Shown here piece after piece: positions 21,310 to 30,846 of a DNA stretch of 64,000 nt. The stretch spans positions 1,804-65,803 of the forward strand of contig JAJTCJ010000026.1 in NCBI GenBank assembly GCA_021323165.1, read 5' to 3'. This DNA is from Bacteroidota bacterium (GTDB lineage Bacteria > Bacteroidota > Bacteroidia > 2-12-FULL-35-15). How positions within the stretch are numbered: the first letter of the stretch is position 1; the number at the start of each line of letters is the position of its first letter. A program made the translations under genes and the position numbers. The notes below the pieces were generated by a model. The model saw only the letters and a program-made list of their open reading frames with translations. It ran no database searches and had not been told where the DNA came from.

Positions 21310-22641
21310 TTGGAATTTCTTTTAACACTGACATATACTCTTTTTTTCATCTTTATCATTCAAAAGATGAGTTTTTTCAATGCCGAAGGACTATCAAAAC
21401 GGATCATTTCGAGTGTCTTTTTATTGAAAATTTTCTTCGGACTTTTACTCTGGAGCATTTATACTTTTTATTATACCGATCGATCTACTGCTGATATCTA
21501 TAAATATTTTGACGACAGTGAAGTGATCTTTAATTCTCTTTGGACAAATCCAGCTGATTATTTCAAAATGCTTTTCGGTATTGGAAACAACACTCCTGAA
21601 TTCGATCATTATTATGCTGAAATGCATTACTGGACCAGAAAGATAGATTCGAATATTTACAACGACAGTCATACCATAATCCGGTTCAATGCCCTGGTAA
21701 GATTATTCTCATTTGGCTACTACAATGTGCATACTGTTGTGATCTGTTTCCTTTCCTTAACCGGATTGACAGCCATTTACAAGACTTTCATTCCTTATCT
21801 GAAAGATAAAAAACGTGAATTGATATTTGCCGTTTATCTTTTACCTTCTGTTCTTTTCTGGGGTTCAGGCGTGCTTAAGGAAGGATTGATATTTTTTGCG
21901 TTGGGCTTGCTGATCTATCACACCAACAAACTTTTCAGTATTAAATCCATTATTATTTGTCTCGCAACAGCCTTCCTGCTGGCCTTTTCAAAATTCTATG
22001 TCTGGATAGCTGTACTCCCCGGGCTTCTTTTTATTTTATGGATCAATAAAAGCAGCGCAAAATATTTATTTATAAAATTCACAGCTGTTATTGTTTTTAT
22101 TGCAGCTATCGGATTAAATATTGAATCATTCACAACCATTCAAAATCCGCTTGTTACGCTTTCTCAGAAACAATACGAATTCAATGAACTGGCCTATGGA
22201 AAGCTAACGGATGCAAACAACAATCCTATTCCTGTTGCAGGAAGCGTTATTCATATAAATAAGCTTGAACCGACATTGACCTCATTTCTAAAAAATGCAC
22301 CCGCTGCATTGAAGAATACTTTCCTTCGTCCGTATATCACGGAACTGAAATCACCTCTTATGATGCTGGCCGGCATTGAAACAATTCTAATTCTTATCAT
22401 CATTTTACTATGTCTTATTTTCAGCAGTTCTCTTGTGACTATAAAATGGGAATACGTGATCTTCTGCTTATCATTTGTGATCATTCAGTTTTTAATTATT
22501 GGTGAAACAACTCCAATTCTCGGAGCTGTTGCCAGATATAAAACTATTGCATTGCCTTTCCTGGTTATTGCATTTTTATTCATCCTTGATAAAGGAAAGA
22601 TCTCTAAGAAACTGCCGTTCTATAATAAGATCTTCGTTTAA
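21310..22641 (+). CDS. Polytopic membrane protein, possibly GT-C/polymerase-like
   Basis: About 10 hydrophobic segments; loop D.YKYFDD; LPSVLFWGSGVLKE and late RYK motif; TTG start. Confidence 0.6.
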   Translation: MEFLLTLTYTLFFIFIIQKMSFFNAEGLSKRIISSVFLLKIFFGLLLWSIYTFYYTDRSTADIYKYFDDSEVIFNSLWTNPADYFKMLFGIGNNTPEFDHYYAEMHYWTRKIDSNIYNDSHTIIRFNALVRLFSFGYYNVHTVVICFLSLTGLTAIYKTFIPYLKDKKRELIFAVYLLPSVLFWGSGVLKEGLIFFALGLLIYHTNKLFSIKSIIICLATAFLLAFSKFYVWIAVLPGLLFILWINKSSAKYLFIKFTAVIVFIAAIGLNIESFTTIQNPLVTLSQKQYEFNELAYGKLTDANNNPIPVAGSVIHINKLEPTLTSFLKNAPAALKNTFLRPYITELKSPLMMLAGIETILILIIILLCLIFSSSLVTIKWEYVIFCLSFVIIQFLIIGETTPILGAVARYKTIALPFLVIAFLFILDKGKISKKLPFYNKIFV

Positions 22642-22682
22642 ATATTTTAAATACATTTGCTCAACACAAAACATCCAACATT

Positions 22683-24608
22683 ATGAATTTTAAGAGTTTG
22701 TTCAGGAAAAAAACTGTAAATGACATTTTAACTCAAGTTGAAAAAGATTGTGCAGCAGACGGTCATGGCTCACTTGGCAAACATCTTGGTGTAAGAGATC
22801 TTGCAGCATTTGGTATCGCTGCTATCATTGGAGCCGGTATTTTCAGCACCATCGGTAAAGCCAGTGCAGATGGCGGACCTGCAGTTATCCTTCTTTTCCT
22901 ATTTACAGCGATTGCCTGCGGTTTTGCGGCATTTGCTTATGCAGAATTCTCTTCAATGGTACCCGTTTCAGGAAGTGCATATACATACTCTTATGTTGCA
23001 TTCGGTGAGTTGATCGCCTGGATCATTGGTTGGGCACTGATCATGGAATATGGTATCGGTAATATCACTGTTGCAATTTCATGGAGCGATTATTTTACCG
23101 GACTTCTTGAAAGTGGCGGAATGCATTTACCTCAGTGGGTGCAAATGGATTATCTAACCGCTTCAAAAGGATTTGATCAGGCTACAGCTTTAATGCAAAG
23201 TGGTAAACCTTTTGAAAACCTGGATGGCAATATACAGGCTGCATATACTGCCTGGACAACCTCTCCATCTATCGGACCTCTTCATATTATTGCAGATCTT
23301 CCGGCATTGGGAATCATCATTTTTATTACATGGCTTGTATATCGCGGAATGAAAGAATCACGCAATGCAGCTAATCTGATGGTGCTTATAAAACTTTGCG
23401 TGATATTACTTGTGATCGCTGTAGGTGTATTTTATGTTGACACTGATAACTGGGATCCATTCGCACCAAACGGAGTTGGCGGTGTGCTTAAAGGTGTATC
23501 GGCTGTTTTCTTTGCCTACATAGGTTTTGATGCGATCTCAACTACTGCGGAAGAATGTAAAAATCCACAGCGCGATCTTCCAAGAGGGATGATGTGGGCG
23601 ATCATAATCTGTACAATATTATATATAATCATTGCCCTGGTTTTAACAGGAATGGTTAGTTACAGCGAATTAAATGTTGGTGATCCTTTAGCTTTCGTAT
23701 TTCAAAAGTTAAACTTGAAATGGATGTCGGGAATAATAGCTGTCAGCGCGGTTGTAGCTATGGCAAGTGTTCTCCTTGTATTCCAGATGGGACAGCCGCG
23801 TATCTGGATGAGCATGAGCCGCGATGGATTACTTCCTAAAAAATTCTCTAAGATCCATCCGAAATACAAAACACCTTCTTTTGCAACTATCGTTGTGGGA
23901 TTTGTTGTTGCTGTTCCTGCATTGTTCATGAACCTTACTATGGTTACTGATCTTTGCAGCATCGGAACTCTTTTTGCTTTTGTACTGGTTTGTGCAGGAG
24001 TTCTTGTTCTTCAAAACAAAAAAGATATTCCACGCGGAAAATTCAAAACTCCATATGTAAATGCGAAATTCATAATGCCTTTATTACTTGTGATCGGAAT
24101 AGTCCTTTCCTTCACATTAAATAAGGAGGCAACTGTTTCCTTTCTGACAAATGAAAGACAACTGAATGATCCCGCTACTCTTGTAACTTCGTTAGAATCC
24201 AATGAAATTGAAACATTAAAAGGACATTTACTTCAAGCCGACAGTGCTGCATTTATTTCAAACAATTCGGATGTAGAAACCTACCTGAGCAGTCTGGACG
24301 AAACACAATACACAACTAAAGTTCATGAATTACCCATAAAAGATGAACTAAAATACGAATCCGGTTTAGGTTTGTTCAAACACAAAATTCCTATGTGGAT
24401 CTTTATCATCATTTCATTCGCGCTCGCAGTATGGGCTTTCAGAGCGAACCTTTCACTTATTCCGCTTTTAGGATTGGTAAGCTGTTTATACATGATGGCT
24501 GAATTAGGCGTTTCAAACTGGATCGGTTTCGGCATCTGGCTGTTGATTGGATTACTGATCTATTTCGGTTACAGCAGGAAGAACAGTAAATTAAAAGCAA
24601 GTAATTAA
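22683..24608 (+). CDS. Amino acid permease, APC family
   Basis: GIAAIIGAGIF, YAEF..MVPVSGSAYTY, FFAYIGFD, AEE.KNPQRD.P; -7 element TACATTTG at 22652. Confidence 0.95.
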   Translation: MNFKSLFRKKTVNDILTQVEKDCAADGHGSLGKHLGVRDLAAFGIAAIIGAGIFSTIGKASADGGPAVILLFLFTAIACGFAAFAYAEFSSMVPVSGSAYTYSYVAFGELIAWIIGWALIMEYGIGNITVAISWSDYFTGLLESGGMHLPQWVQMDYLTASKGFDQATALMQSGKPFENLDGNIQAAYTAWTTSPSIGPLHIIADLPALGIIIFITWLVYRGMKESRNAANLMVLIKLCVILLVIAVGVFYVDTDNWDPFAPNGVGGVLKGVSAVFFAYIGFDAISTTAEECKNPQRDLPRGMMWAIIICTILYIIIALVLTGMVSYSELNVGDPLAFVFQKLNLKWMSGIIAVSAVVAMASVLLVFQMGQPRIWMSMSRDGLLPKKFSKIHPKYKTPSFATIVVGFVVAVPALFMNLTMVTDLCSIGTLFAFVLVCAGVLVLQNKKDIPRGKFKTPYVNAKFIMPLLLVIGIVLSFTLNKEATVSFLTNERQLNDPATLVTSLESNEIETLKGHLLQADSAAFISNNSDVETYLSSLDETQYTTKVHELPIKDELKYESGLGLFKHKIPMWIFIIISFALAVWAFRANLSLIPLLGLVSCLYMMAELGVSNWIGFGIWLLIGLLIYFGYSRKNSKLKASN

Positions 24609-24627
24609 TTTTCATAAAATCATAGAG

Positions 24628-24654
24628 AAAGCCTCGCATCTGCGGGGCTTTTTT
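24628..24654 (+). terminator. Rho-independent terminator
   Basis: AAAGCCTCGC-ATCT-GCGGGGCTTT hairpin running into a T tract, 20 nt after the permease stop. Confidence 0.85.
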
Positions 24655-24742
24655 ATGAAATAAAATGTCTTCTAAATTGTATCTTTGATCTAATATTTAA
24701 ACACAGCCCAATAACTAATAACCATTTAACTATTACCCAAAG

Positions 24743-25495
24743 ATGATAGCATTCATTACAGGAGCAACTGCAGGAATTGGAAAAGCAACAGCATCCCTTT
24801 TCGCGAAGAACGGATATGATATAATAATTACCGGCAGAAGACAGGATCGCCTGGATGCCGTATCAGCAGAATTAAGCAAAGCGTACAACATAAAGGTATT
24901 AGCACTTCATTTTGATGTCCGCAATTTACCGGAAGTAGTTAACGCAATCAGATCAATCCCGGATGAGTGGAAACAGATCAATGTTCTTGTAAATAATGCA
25001 GGATTGGCTGTCGGACTAAACAATATCCAGGAAGGTGTTGTAGATGACTGGGAACGTATGATCGACACTAACATTAAAGGTTTACTTTATATGACACGCA
25101 ACATTGCTCCTATCATGATCAGCAATGGTTTTGGACATATCATCAATATCGGATCAATTGCAGGAAAAGAAGTTTATGCTAACGGAAACGTTTACTGCGC
25201 TACAAAACATGCTGTTGATGCTCTGAATAAAGGAATGCGTATCGATCTTCTTCCGCACAATATTAAAGTAACTGCGATCAATCCCGGGATGGTTGATACA
25301 GAATTTTCTGTTGTAAGATTCAAAGGAGATGATGAACGCGCAAAAAGTGTTTATAAAGGAATGCAGCCGCTCAAAGCGGAAGACATTGCAGAAACTATTT
25401 ATTGGGTTGCCAGCCGCCCTGCTCATGTAAACATAAATGATATTATTATAATGCCTGCTGTTCAGGCGAATTCTACGACTACTATACGCAAATAA
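24743..25495 (+). CDS. Short-chain dehydrogenase/reductase (YdfG-like)
   Basis: TGATAGIG, NNAG, YCATK; -7 element TATCTTTG at 24680. Confidence 0.93.
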   Translation: MIAFITGATAGIGKATASLFAKNGYDIIITGRRQDRLDAVSAELSKAYNIKVLALHFDVRNLPEVVNAIRSIPDEWKQINVLVNNAGLAVGLNNIQEGVVDDWERMIDTNIKGLLYMTRNIAPIMISNGFGHIINIGSIAGKEVYANGNVYCATKHAVDALNKGMRIDLLPHNIKVTAINPGMVDTEFSVVRFKGDDERAKSVYKGMQPLKAEDIAETIYWVASRPAHVNINDIIIMPAVQANSTTTIRK

Positions 25496-25508
25496 GATTT
25501 CACTACTA

Positions 25509-25641
25509 TTTACCACGGAGCCACGGAGAACACTTAGAAACACAGAGAGAAAATAAGAAGAAATAATAAAATGATAATAAACAACAGCTATATAAAAATA
25601 TACTCCGTGAAACTCTGTGTTCTCTGTGCCTCCGTGGTGAT
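25509..25641. mobile_element. Non-autonomous (MITE-like) copy of the GxxExxY-associated inverted-repeat element
   Basis: Left arm 25509-25548 matches the left arm at 27315 in 36/40 nt; right arm 25602-25641 matches the arm at 27779; A-rich spacer of about 53 bp. Confidence 0.75.
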
Positions 25642-27361
25642 TTTCTTTTCTCTCTCCTCCTGCTCCACCAAACAAAAAGCCGATCTCATCATTCATAATG
25701 CAATTATCTACACCGTTGATTCTGCGTTCAGCACAGCTCAGAGTTTTGCAGTAAAAGACGGTAAATTCATCGCAATCGGAACAAATGAAGCGATCCTTTC
25801 CAAATACAATGCAGAAGAAACAATTGATGCTGAAGGCAAATCGGTTTATCCGGGAATTATAGATTCTCATTGTCATTTTTATGGTTATGGTGAAGGATTA
25901 AGACATGTGAATCTTGTTGGAACAAAATCTTTTGATGAAGTGATTGACCGCATTGTAAAATTCTCAAAGGAGAATCCCGATGCGAAATGGATCATCGGTC
26001 GCGGCTGGGATCAAAACGACTGGGCTGTTAAAGAATATCCGAAAAGATATATGCTGGATAAATTATATCCTTCAACACCTGTTTTCATAGAACGTATTGA
26101 CGGACATGCCGCTCTTGCAAATGCGGAAGCATTGAGAAAAGCCGGGATCACAAAAGCGACAAAAATAAACGGTGGTGTAATAGAAATAGATCTTATCACC
26201 GAAGATAAAGGCAATGAATACCAATGGACGGAAGCCAATGAAAGTAAAGAATTAAAAAAACTTCAATATCCTGTTTCCATGCCAAGCGGTATTCTCATCG
26301 ACAATGCGGTTGATCTTGTAAAGAAAAATATTCCTAAACCATCGAAGGATGATATAAAGAAATCCCTGCTTGCTGCAGAAAAGAATTGTTTTGAAGTCGG
26401 ATTAACAACAGTGGATGATGCAGGTCTTGAAAAAAATATCATTGATGCGATAGATGAGTTTCAAAAAAGCGGAGAATTAAAAATGCGCATCTATGCAATG
26501 CTTTCCGATAACAAAGAAAACCTCGATCATTATCTGAAAGCAGGGAAATATAAAACCGACAGACTGAATGTACGCTCTTTCAAATTTTATGGTGACGGAG
26601 CATTAGGCTCACGCGGAGCATGCTTATTAAAGCCTTATTCCGACAAACCTGAAGAAAGAGGATTTCTGTTAAGCAAGCCTGAACATTTTGACAGTGCGGC
26701 TGTAAAAATGATCGATCACGGATTTCAGATGAATACACATTGCATCGGGGATTCTGCGGTTAAATTAATGATAGACATAAACGGACATTTCTCGATCGAA
26801 GGAAACTCTATTTTACGATGGAGAATAGAACATGCCCAGGTGATAGACAAAAAAGACTTTGAATATATGCGTGACTTTATTCCTTCCGTACAACCTACAC
26901 ACGCCACATCTGATATGTATTGGGCAGAACAGCGCCTTGGCAAAGAACGCGTTAAATACGCCTATGCTTATAATGATCTTTTAAAAGCTGCAGGAATGAT
27001 TGCGCTAGGAACAGATTTTCCTGTAGAGAATATTAATCCGATGTATACGTTCTATGCTGCAGTAGCAAGAAAAGATCTTAAAGGATTTCCTGAAGGTGGT
27101 TTCCAACCTGAGAATGCTTTATCCCGTGAGAATACATTACGCGGCATGACTATCTGGGGAGCATTCGCCAATTTCGAAGAAAAAGAAAAAGGAAGTATCG
27201 AAAAAGGAAAGTTTGCCGATTTTGTGATTCTTGATCAGGATATCATGAAATGCAATATTGATAGTGTTCCGAAAGCTAAGGTTGTTTATACTTTTGTGGG
27301 AGGCGAGAAGGTTTTTTACCACGGAGGCACAGAGAACACTAAGAAACACGGAGACAAATAA
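25571..27361 (+). CDS. Amidohydrolase 3 family (YtcJ-like) lipoprotein
   Basis: PGIIDSHCH, GRGWDQ, DGH, DGALGSRGA, HCIGD, RIEHAQ, GTDFPVE, GKFADFVIL; lipobox LSSC. Confidence 0.92.
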   Translation: MIINNSYIKIYSVKLCVLCASVVIFFSLSSCSTKQKADLIIHNAIIYTVDSAFSTAQSFAVKDGKFIAIGTNEAILSKYNAEETIDAEGKSVYPGIIDSHCHFYGYGEGLRHVNLVGTKSFDEVIDRIVKFSKENPDAKWIIGRGWDQNDWAVKEYPKRYMLDKLYPSTPVFIERIDGHAALANAEALRKAGITKATKINGGVIEIDLITEDKGNEYQWTEANESKELKKLQYPVSMPSGILIDNAVDLVKKNIPKPSKDDIKKSLLAAEKNCFEVGLTTVDDAGLEKNIIDAIDEFQKSGELKMRIYAMLSDNKENLDHYLKAGKYKTDRLNVRSFKFYGDGALGSRGACLLKPYSDKPEERGFLLSKPEHFDSAAVKMIDHGFQMNTHCIGDSAVKLMIDINGHFSIEGNSILRWRIEHAQVIDKKDFEYMRDFIPSVQPTHATSDMYWAEQRLGKERVKYAYAYNDLLKAAGMIALGTDFPVENINPMYTFYAAVARKDLKGFPEGGFQPENALSRENTLRGMTIWGAFANFEEKEKGSIEKGKFADFVILDQDIMKCNIDSVPKAKVVYTFVGGEKVFYHGGTENTKKHGDK

Positions 27362-27818
27362 TTTATGGCTACGCAAAAAAATATAAATGACTTATCATAC
27401 ACCATCATCGGGTGCGCAATAGAGGTTCATAAGCAATTAGGACCTGGTTTGCTTGAATCAGTTTATCAGGAATGTTTTATAGAAGAATTGAAACAAAACA
27501 ATCTCAATGTTAAGTCACAAATCGCTGTTCCAATTACTTATAAAAATAAAAATCTCGGAACTCCATTAAAACTTGATATCCTTGTAAATGATCAGATAAT
27601 CATTGAACTTAAAGCTGTAGAATCAATGATTCCCGTATTCCAGGCTCAGTTACTTACTTATTTAAAACTTACAAATAAGCCAAAAGGTTTGCTAATTAAT
27701 TTTCATTCATTAAATATCTCGAACTCAATTGTATCTTTGGTAACAGAAGAATTCTCTAAACTACCGGTAAAATGATTTTCTCCGTGAAACTCCGTGTTCT
27801 CTGTGCCTCCGTGGTAAA
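27315..27818. mobile_element. GxxExxY gene flanked by 40-bp terminal inverted repeats (putative mobile element)
   Basis: 27315-27354 versus the reverse complement of 27779-27818: 35/40 identical, outer 25 nt perfect (TTTACCACGGAGGCACAGAGAACAC). Confidence 0.75.
27365..27775 (+). CDS. GxxExxY protein (PD-(D/E)XK nuclease-like)
   Basis: VHKQLGPGLLESVY, LDILV...IIELK, Q.LTYL, GLLINF. Confidence 0.95.
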   Translation: MATQKNINDLSYTIIGCAIEVHKQLGPGLLESVYQECFIEELKQNNLNVKSQIAVPITYKNKNLGTPLKLDILVNDQIIIELKAVESMIPVFQAQLLTYLKLTNKPKGLLINFHSLNISNSIVSLVTEEFSKLPVK

Positions 27819-28515
27819 TATCCTTCTCTTTCTCTCTCTTTCCTCCTACTCCCAGGAAGGTCGCAAATACTCACGCCTGAAACACCGTATAAGCGTTGGC
27901 CCGGTAATTACATTAATTAAGAATGATCCTCATTTTACAAGGGACACAAAAGCAAAAGCAGGATTTAACGCAGCATATAAAGCAGAGATCCTGCTCGGAA
28001 GAAAAACAAATGTTTTGGTCGGACTAGAATACATGAGCCAGGGATTAACATTCAAAGGTTATTATAAAGCGAATGGTTACACTTATTTATATGATGAAAC
28101 ATTTTCATATACACATGAAATAAGATACAACGAAGTGCAAGTCCCAATTGGTTTAAAGCTTGCATTTAACAGTGAAAAAGATCGTCCTTCTACTGCTTAC
28201 CTTTTCGGAGGGATCGGTTTCCGTTATATTTTCAGTTCATATATAGTGATCGCTTCCGATTCCACCAACACTACTCCATACGATGGAAAAGGGACAATTG
28301 AATTCGAGCATCAGCGTGTTGCAAAAGGTCTGAATGGCTATTACCAGGGAGGCTTGGGTATTCAAAAAAATTACAGAAGTACATCTAAAGCGTTGTTTCT
28401 TGAACTGACTTTTAAAAGGACATTTTCAAGAATTCATTACTCCGGATCAAAGAATTCAAATAATATCAATTTCAGGGATAATAATGTAGCGATAACAATC
28501 GGACTCCGATTGTGA
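27772..28515 (+). CDS. Outer-membrane beta-barrel (porin-family) protein
   Basis: Signal peptide; alternating beta strands; VQVPIGLK; ends ITIGLRL. Confidence 0.7.
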   Translation: MIFSVKLRVLCASVVNILLFLSLSSYSQEGRKYSRLKHRISVGPVITLIKNDPHFTRDTKAKAGFNAAYKAEILLGRKTNVLVGLEYMSQGLTFKGYYKANGYTYLYDETFSYTHEIRYNEVQVPIGLKLAFNSEKDRPSTAYLFGGIGFRYIFSSYIVIASDSTNTTPYDGKGTIEFEHQRVAKGLNGYYQGGLGIQKNYRSTSKALFLELTFKRTFSRIHYSGSKNSNNINFRDNNVAITIGLRL

Positions 28516-28542
28516 CGTTATGAATCTAAATAGTACAATCAA

Positions 28543-29019
28543 ATGCATTCCCGACTGATCTTGTTTCTGATAATCGTTTCTTCAAATGTGTTTTCACAGA
28601 AGAAAACCTGGGATCCTGCTGTTCTTGAAAAAGCAAATACAGCCAAGGATGCAGACTATCTCACCAAAGAAGAAAAATCAGTTATATTTTATTTAAATCT
28701 TGTAAGGCTTGATCCCAAACTTTTTGGAGAAACTTATTTAAAAAAATACCTGGATTCTACTTCAGATAACAACCAATACACCAAGTCACTCCGCAAGACA
28801 CTCGCTTCTGCCAAACCTTTACCGGTTGTGTATCCTGATAAATTGCTCTCAGAATTCGCAAAAGGCATTCGATATCGTTATGAGCCTGCTGATCGATGAG
28901 GATGTCCCAGCCTCGGACACCGTGAGAATATTCTTGATCCTGAATATAAATTTGTTGGAACTTCCATTCAGCCACATAAGCGGTATGAATGGAATTGTGT
29001 AATGGATTTTGGTGGGTAG
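28543..29019 (+). pseudogene. CAP (SCP-like) domain protein, disrupted by an apparent internal deletion and a 1-nt frameshift
   Basis: N-part EEK.VIFYLNLVR in the ORF; AFDIVMSLLIDEDVP continues in another frame from about 28865; SLGHRENILDPEYKFVG...NCVMDFGG* follows a further shift at about 28908. Confidence 0.8.
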
Positions 29020-29047
29020 TTTTATGGGACGGAGTTTACTTCGATTT

Positions 29048-29196
29048 TGTCATGCTGAGCGAAGCCGAAGCATCTTCTTAAAAATGGAAAACAATTTTTA
29101 AAGTATAGAGGTAGGTTGAAAGAATTGCTGCTTCCCTCTAAGAAGATCCCTCCGCGAAGCCTGTCCTGAGCTTTTGTCGATGGGGTCGGGATGACA
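29048..29196. repeat. REP-like paired palindrome (TGTCA...TGACA class) with nested micro-hairpin
   Basis: TGTCATGCTGAGCGAAGCCGAAGCATCTTCT ... AGAAGATCCC...GTCGGGATGACA between convergent genes. Confidence 0.7.
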
Positions 29197-29268
29197 TACT
29201 GCTTAAAGATTACTTTTCAAACATTTTAAATCGCAATAACGTTCTAAAATTGTCTATTGAAAAACTGC

Positions 29269-29625
29269 CTACTGGTTCTTCGCCAGACTCACCGCTTCCT
29301 TCACCCACTTCTTAACCTGAGCTGTCGGAATATCTTTAACCGAATATAATTTAATGTGACGCATTCCCTTTCCGGTTCCTTCAAATAAATTTTTTGGATC
29401 TGTAAGTGAAGTTGCCTGCAGGAATCCAAGGTTCATATAATCCACTCCAGGATAAGTATAAATAAATGCGAGATTGGTTTTACCGTATATAAATGTCAGC
29501 TGCTTCCATTTGATCGCTTCTGTTATTTTAGGATCTGTAGTAAGAACAAGATCTCTTACGTTCATCGCGACTTCTCTTTTAGCTTCCGGAAGTGCTGCAA
29601 GAAATTGTTGAATTTTAGGATCCAT
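29269..29625 (-). CDS. DUF1801 (YdhG-like) protein
   Basis: EAIKW, LGF..A..L.DP..LFEGTGKGMRHIK. Confidence 0.85.
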   Translation of the reverse strand: MDPKIQQFLAALPEAKREVAMNVRDLVLTTDPKITEAIKWKQLTFIYGKTNLAFIYTYPGVDYMNLGFLQATSLTDPKNLFEGTGKGMRHIKLYSVKDIPTAQVKKWVKEAVSLAKNQ

Positions 29626-29637
29626 TTTATTTATTTT

Positions 29638-30186
29638 CTATTTATTTTTTCGATTCATCATCTCCAGCAAAACATTGCATGTGCGCCAGTTACGTGTAGT
29701 TGCAGTTACTTTCAATTTATTCTCAAAAAAATTATTGTTGAGCTTGGTTTCACCATATCCGCCCGGACAATACAAATAAACAACCTTTCCACTGATCACA
29801 AAACGATCCGCTGTTTTGTCCGGTAATTTGATCTTGTCAAGATATTCCTTCTCTGCTTCCTTTTCCAGGAAGGTCAAATATAAACGTTCGACATCAACGC
29901 CTTTTTCTTTAAGAAATGGATTTTTCTTAACAGCGGCTTCAAGTTCCTTTTTTTCAAGAACAACCACAGGCACTTCAAATCCAAATGTATCTTTGATCTT
30001 TTTACTGATCTTCTTTGAATGCGCTTCAGGTTTCCCACTTCCATCAAATATCACGTTACCGCTTTGAATGTATGTCTGAGCGTTTTTATACTTCAATTCA
30101 TCAAACACAGCTTTTAAGTCTGCCATCGGAACTTTCTTTTGTCCGCTGACATTTATGCCTCTCAGCATCGCTAGTAATTCAGGCAT
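29638..30186 (-). CDS. DUF1697 protein
   Basis: LRGINVSG, TYIQSGNV, T.RNW.T. Confidence 0.9.
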   Translation of the reverse strand: MPELLAMLRGINVSGQKKVPMADLKAVFDELKYKNAQTYIQSGNVIFDGSGKPEAHSKKISKKIKDTFGFEVPVVVLEKKELEAAVKKNPFLKEKGVDVERLYLTFLEKEAEKEYLDKIKLPDKTADRFVISGKVVYLYCPGGYGETKLNNNFFENKLKVTATTRNWRTCNVLLEMMNRKNK

Positions 30187-30205
30187 CTATTTCTTCTTAG
30201 CAGGT

Positions 30206-30754
30206 TTAGCTTTTTTTGCCGGTGCAGCTTTTTTTTGCGGATTTGGTTGCTGTTGCCGGCTTAACAGTTTTGGCTGATTTTGCTGCAGGTTTTGGCCTTG
30301 GAGTGTTCAGCACTGTTTCATACATTTTGATCCAGTCTTTCACCGTGATCTTGGACATCAGCTCACCGAATAATTTGAAAGGTATCTTTTCAGGATTCTT
30401 AAACCGAATACAGCTTTTACCCATATCAAGTTTCGCATCAGTATGTTTTGGATATTCTTTTACAAACCAATCCAGCAATTTAGGATCTGAGTAAATTCCC
30501 ATGTGGTAAAATGCAATAAAATTCTTTTGGCTGGCCAGACCTGCAAAAGGCAAAGGCTGTTTAGGATCACAATGATAACCATTAGGGTAAATAGAATGAG
30601 GGACGCAATACCCCATCATCCCGTAACCCATTCTCTCCTGGAAACCACTTGGAATATTCTTGATTATTTCTTTACGCAATTTACTCATTGCTTCTCTTCT
30701 ATCGTCCGGTAATTCTGCGATGTATTGCTCAGGGGTAGCTGCTTCTGATCTCAT
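30206..30754 (-). CDS. DUF1801 protein with short Lys/Ala-rich tail
   Basis: YGMMGYCVPHS.YP.GYHC, ASQKN, DMGKSCIRFK. Confidence 0.85.
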   Translation of the reverse strand: MRSEAATPEQYIAELPDDRREAMSKLRKEIIKNIPSGFQERMGYGMMGYCVPHSIYPNGYHCDPKQPLPFAGLASQKNFIAFYHMGIYSDPKLLDWFVKEYPKHTDAKLDMGKSCIRFKNPEKIPFKLFGELMSKITVKDWIKMYETVLNTPRPKPAAKSAKTVKPATATKSAKKSCTGKKS

Positions 30755-30846
30755 GATTGTATATAATTTTTTTAAATATCGTAATTATTTAATTTCCTAA
30801 AAAGCTTTTGATCACATCAGAATAGAATTCCAGTATTCTTCATATT

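Noticed and set aside
25154..25876. 240-aa minus-strand ORF
   Set aside because: Antisense to the SDR and amidohydrolase genes and reads through the repeat; no recognisable family.
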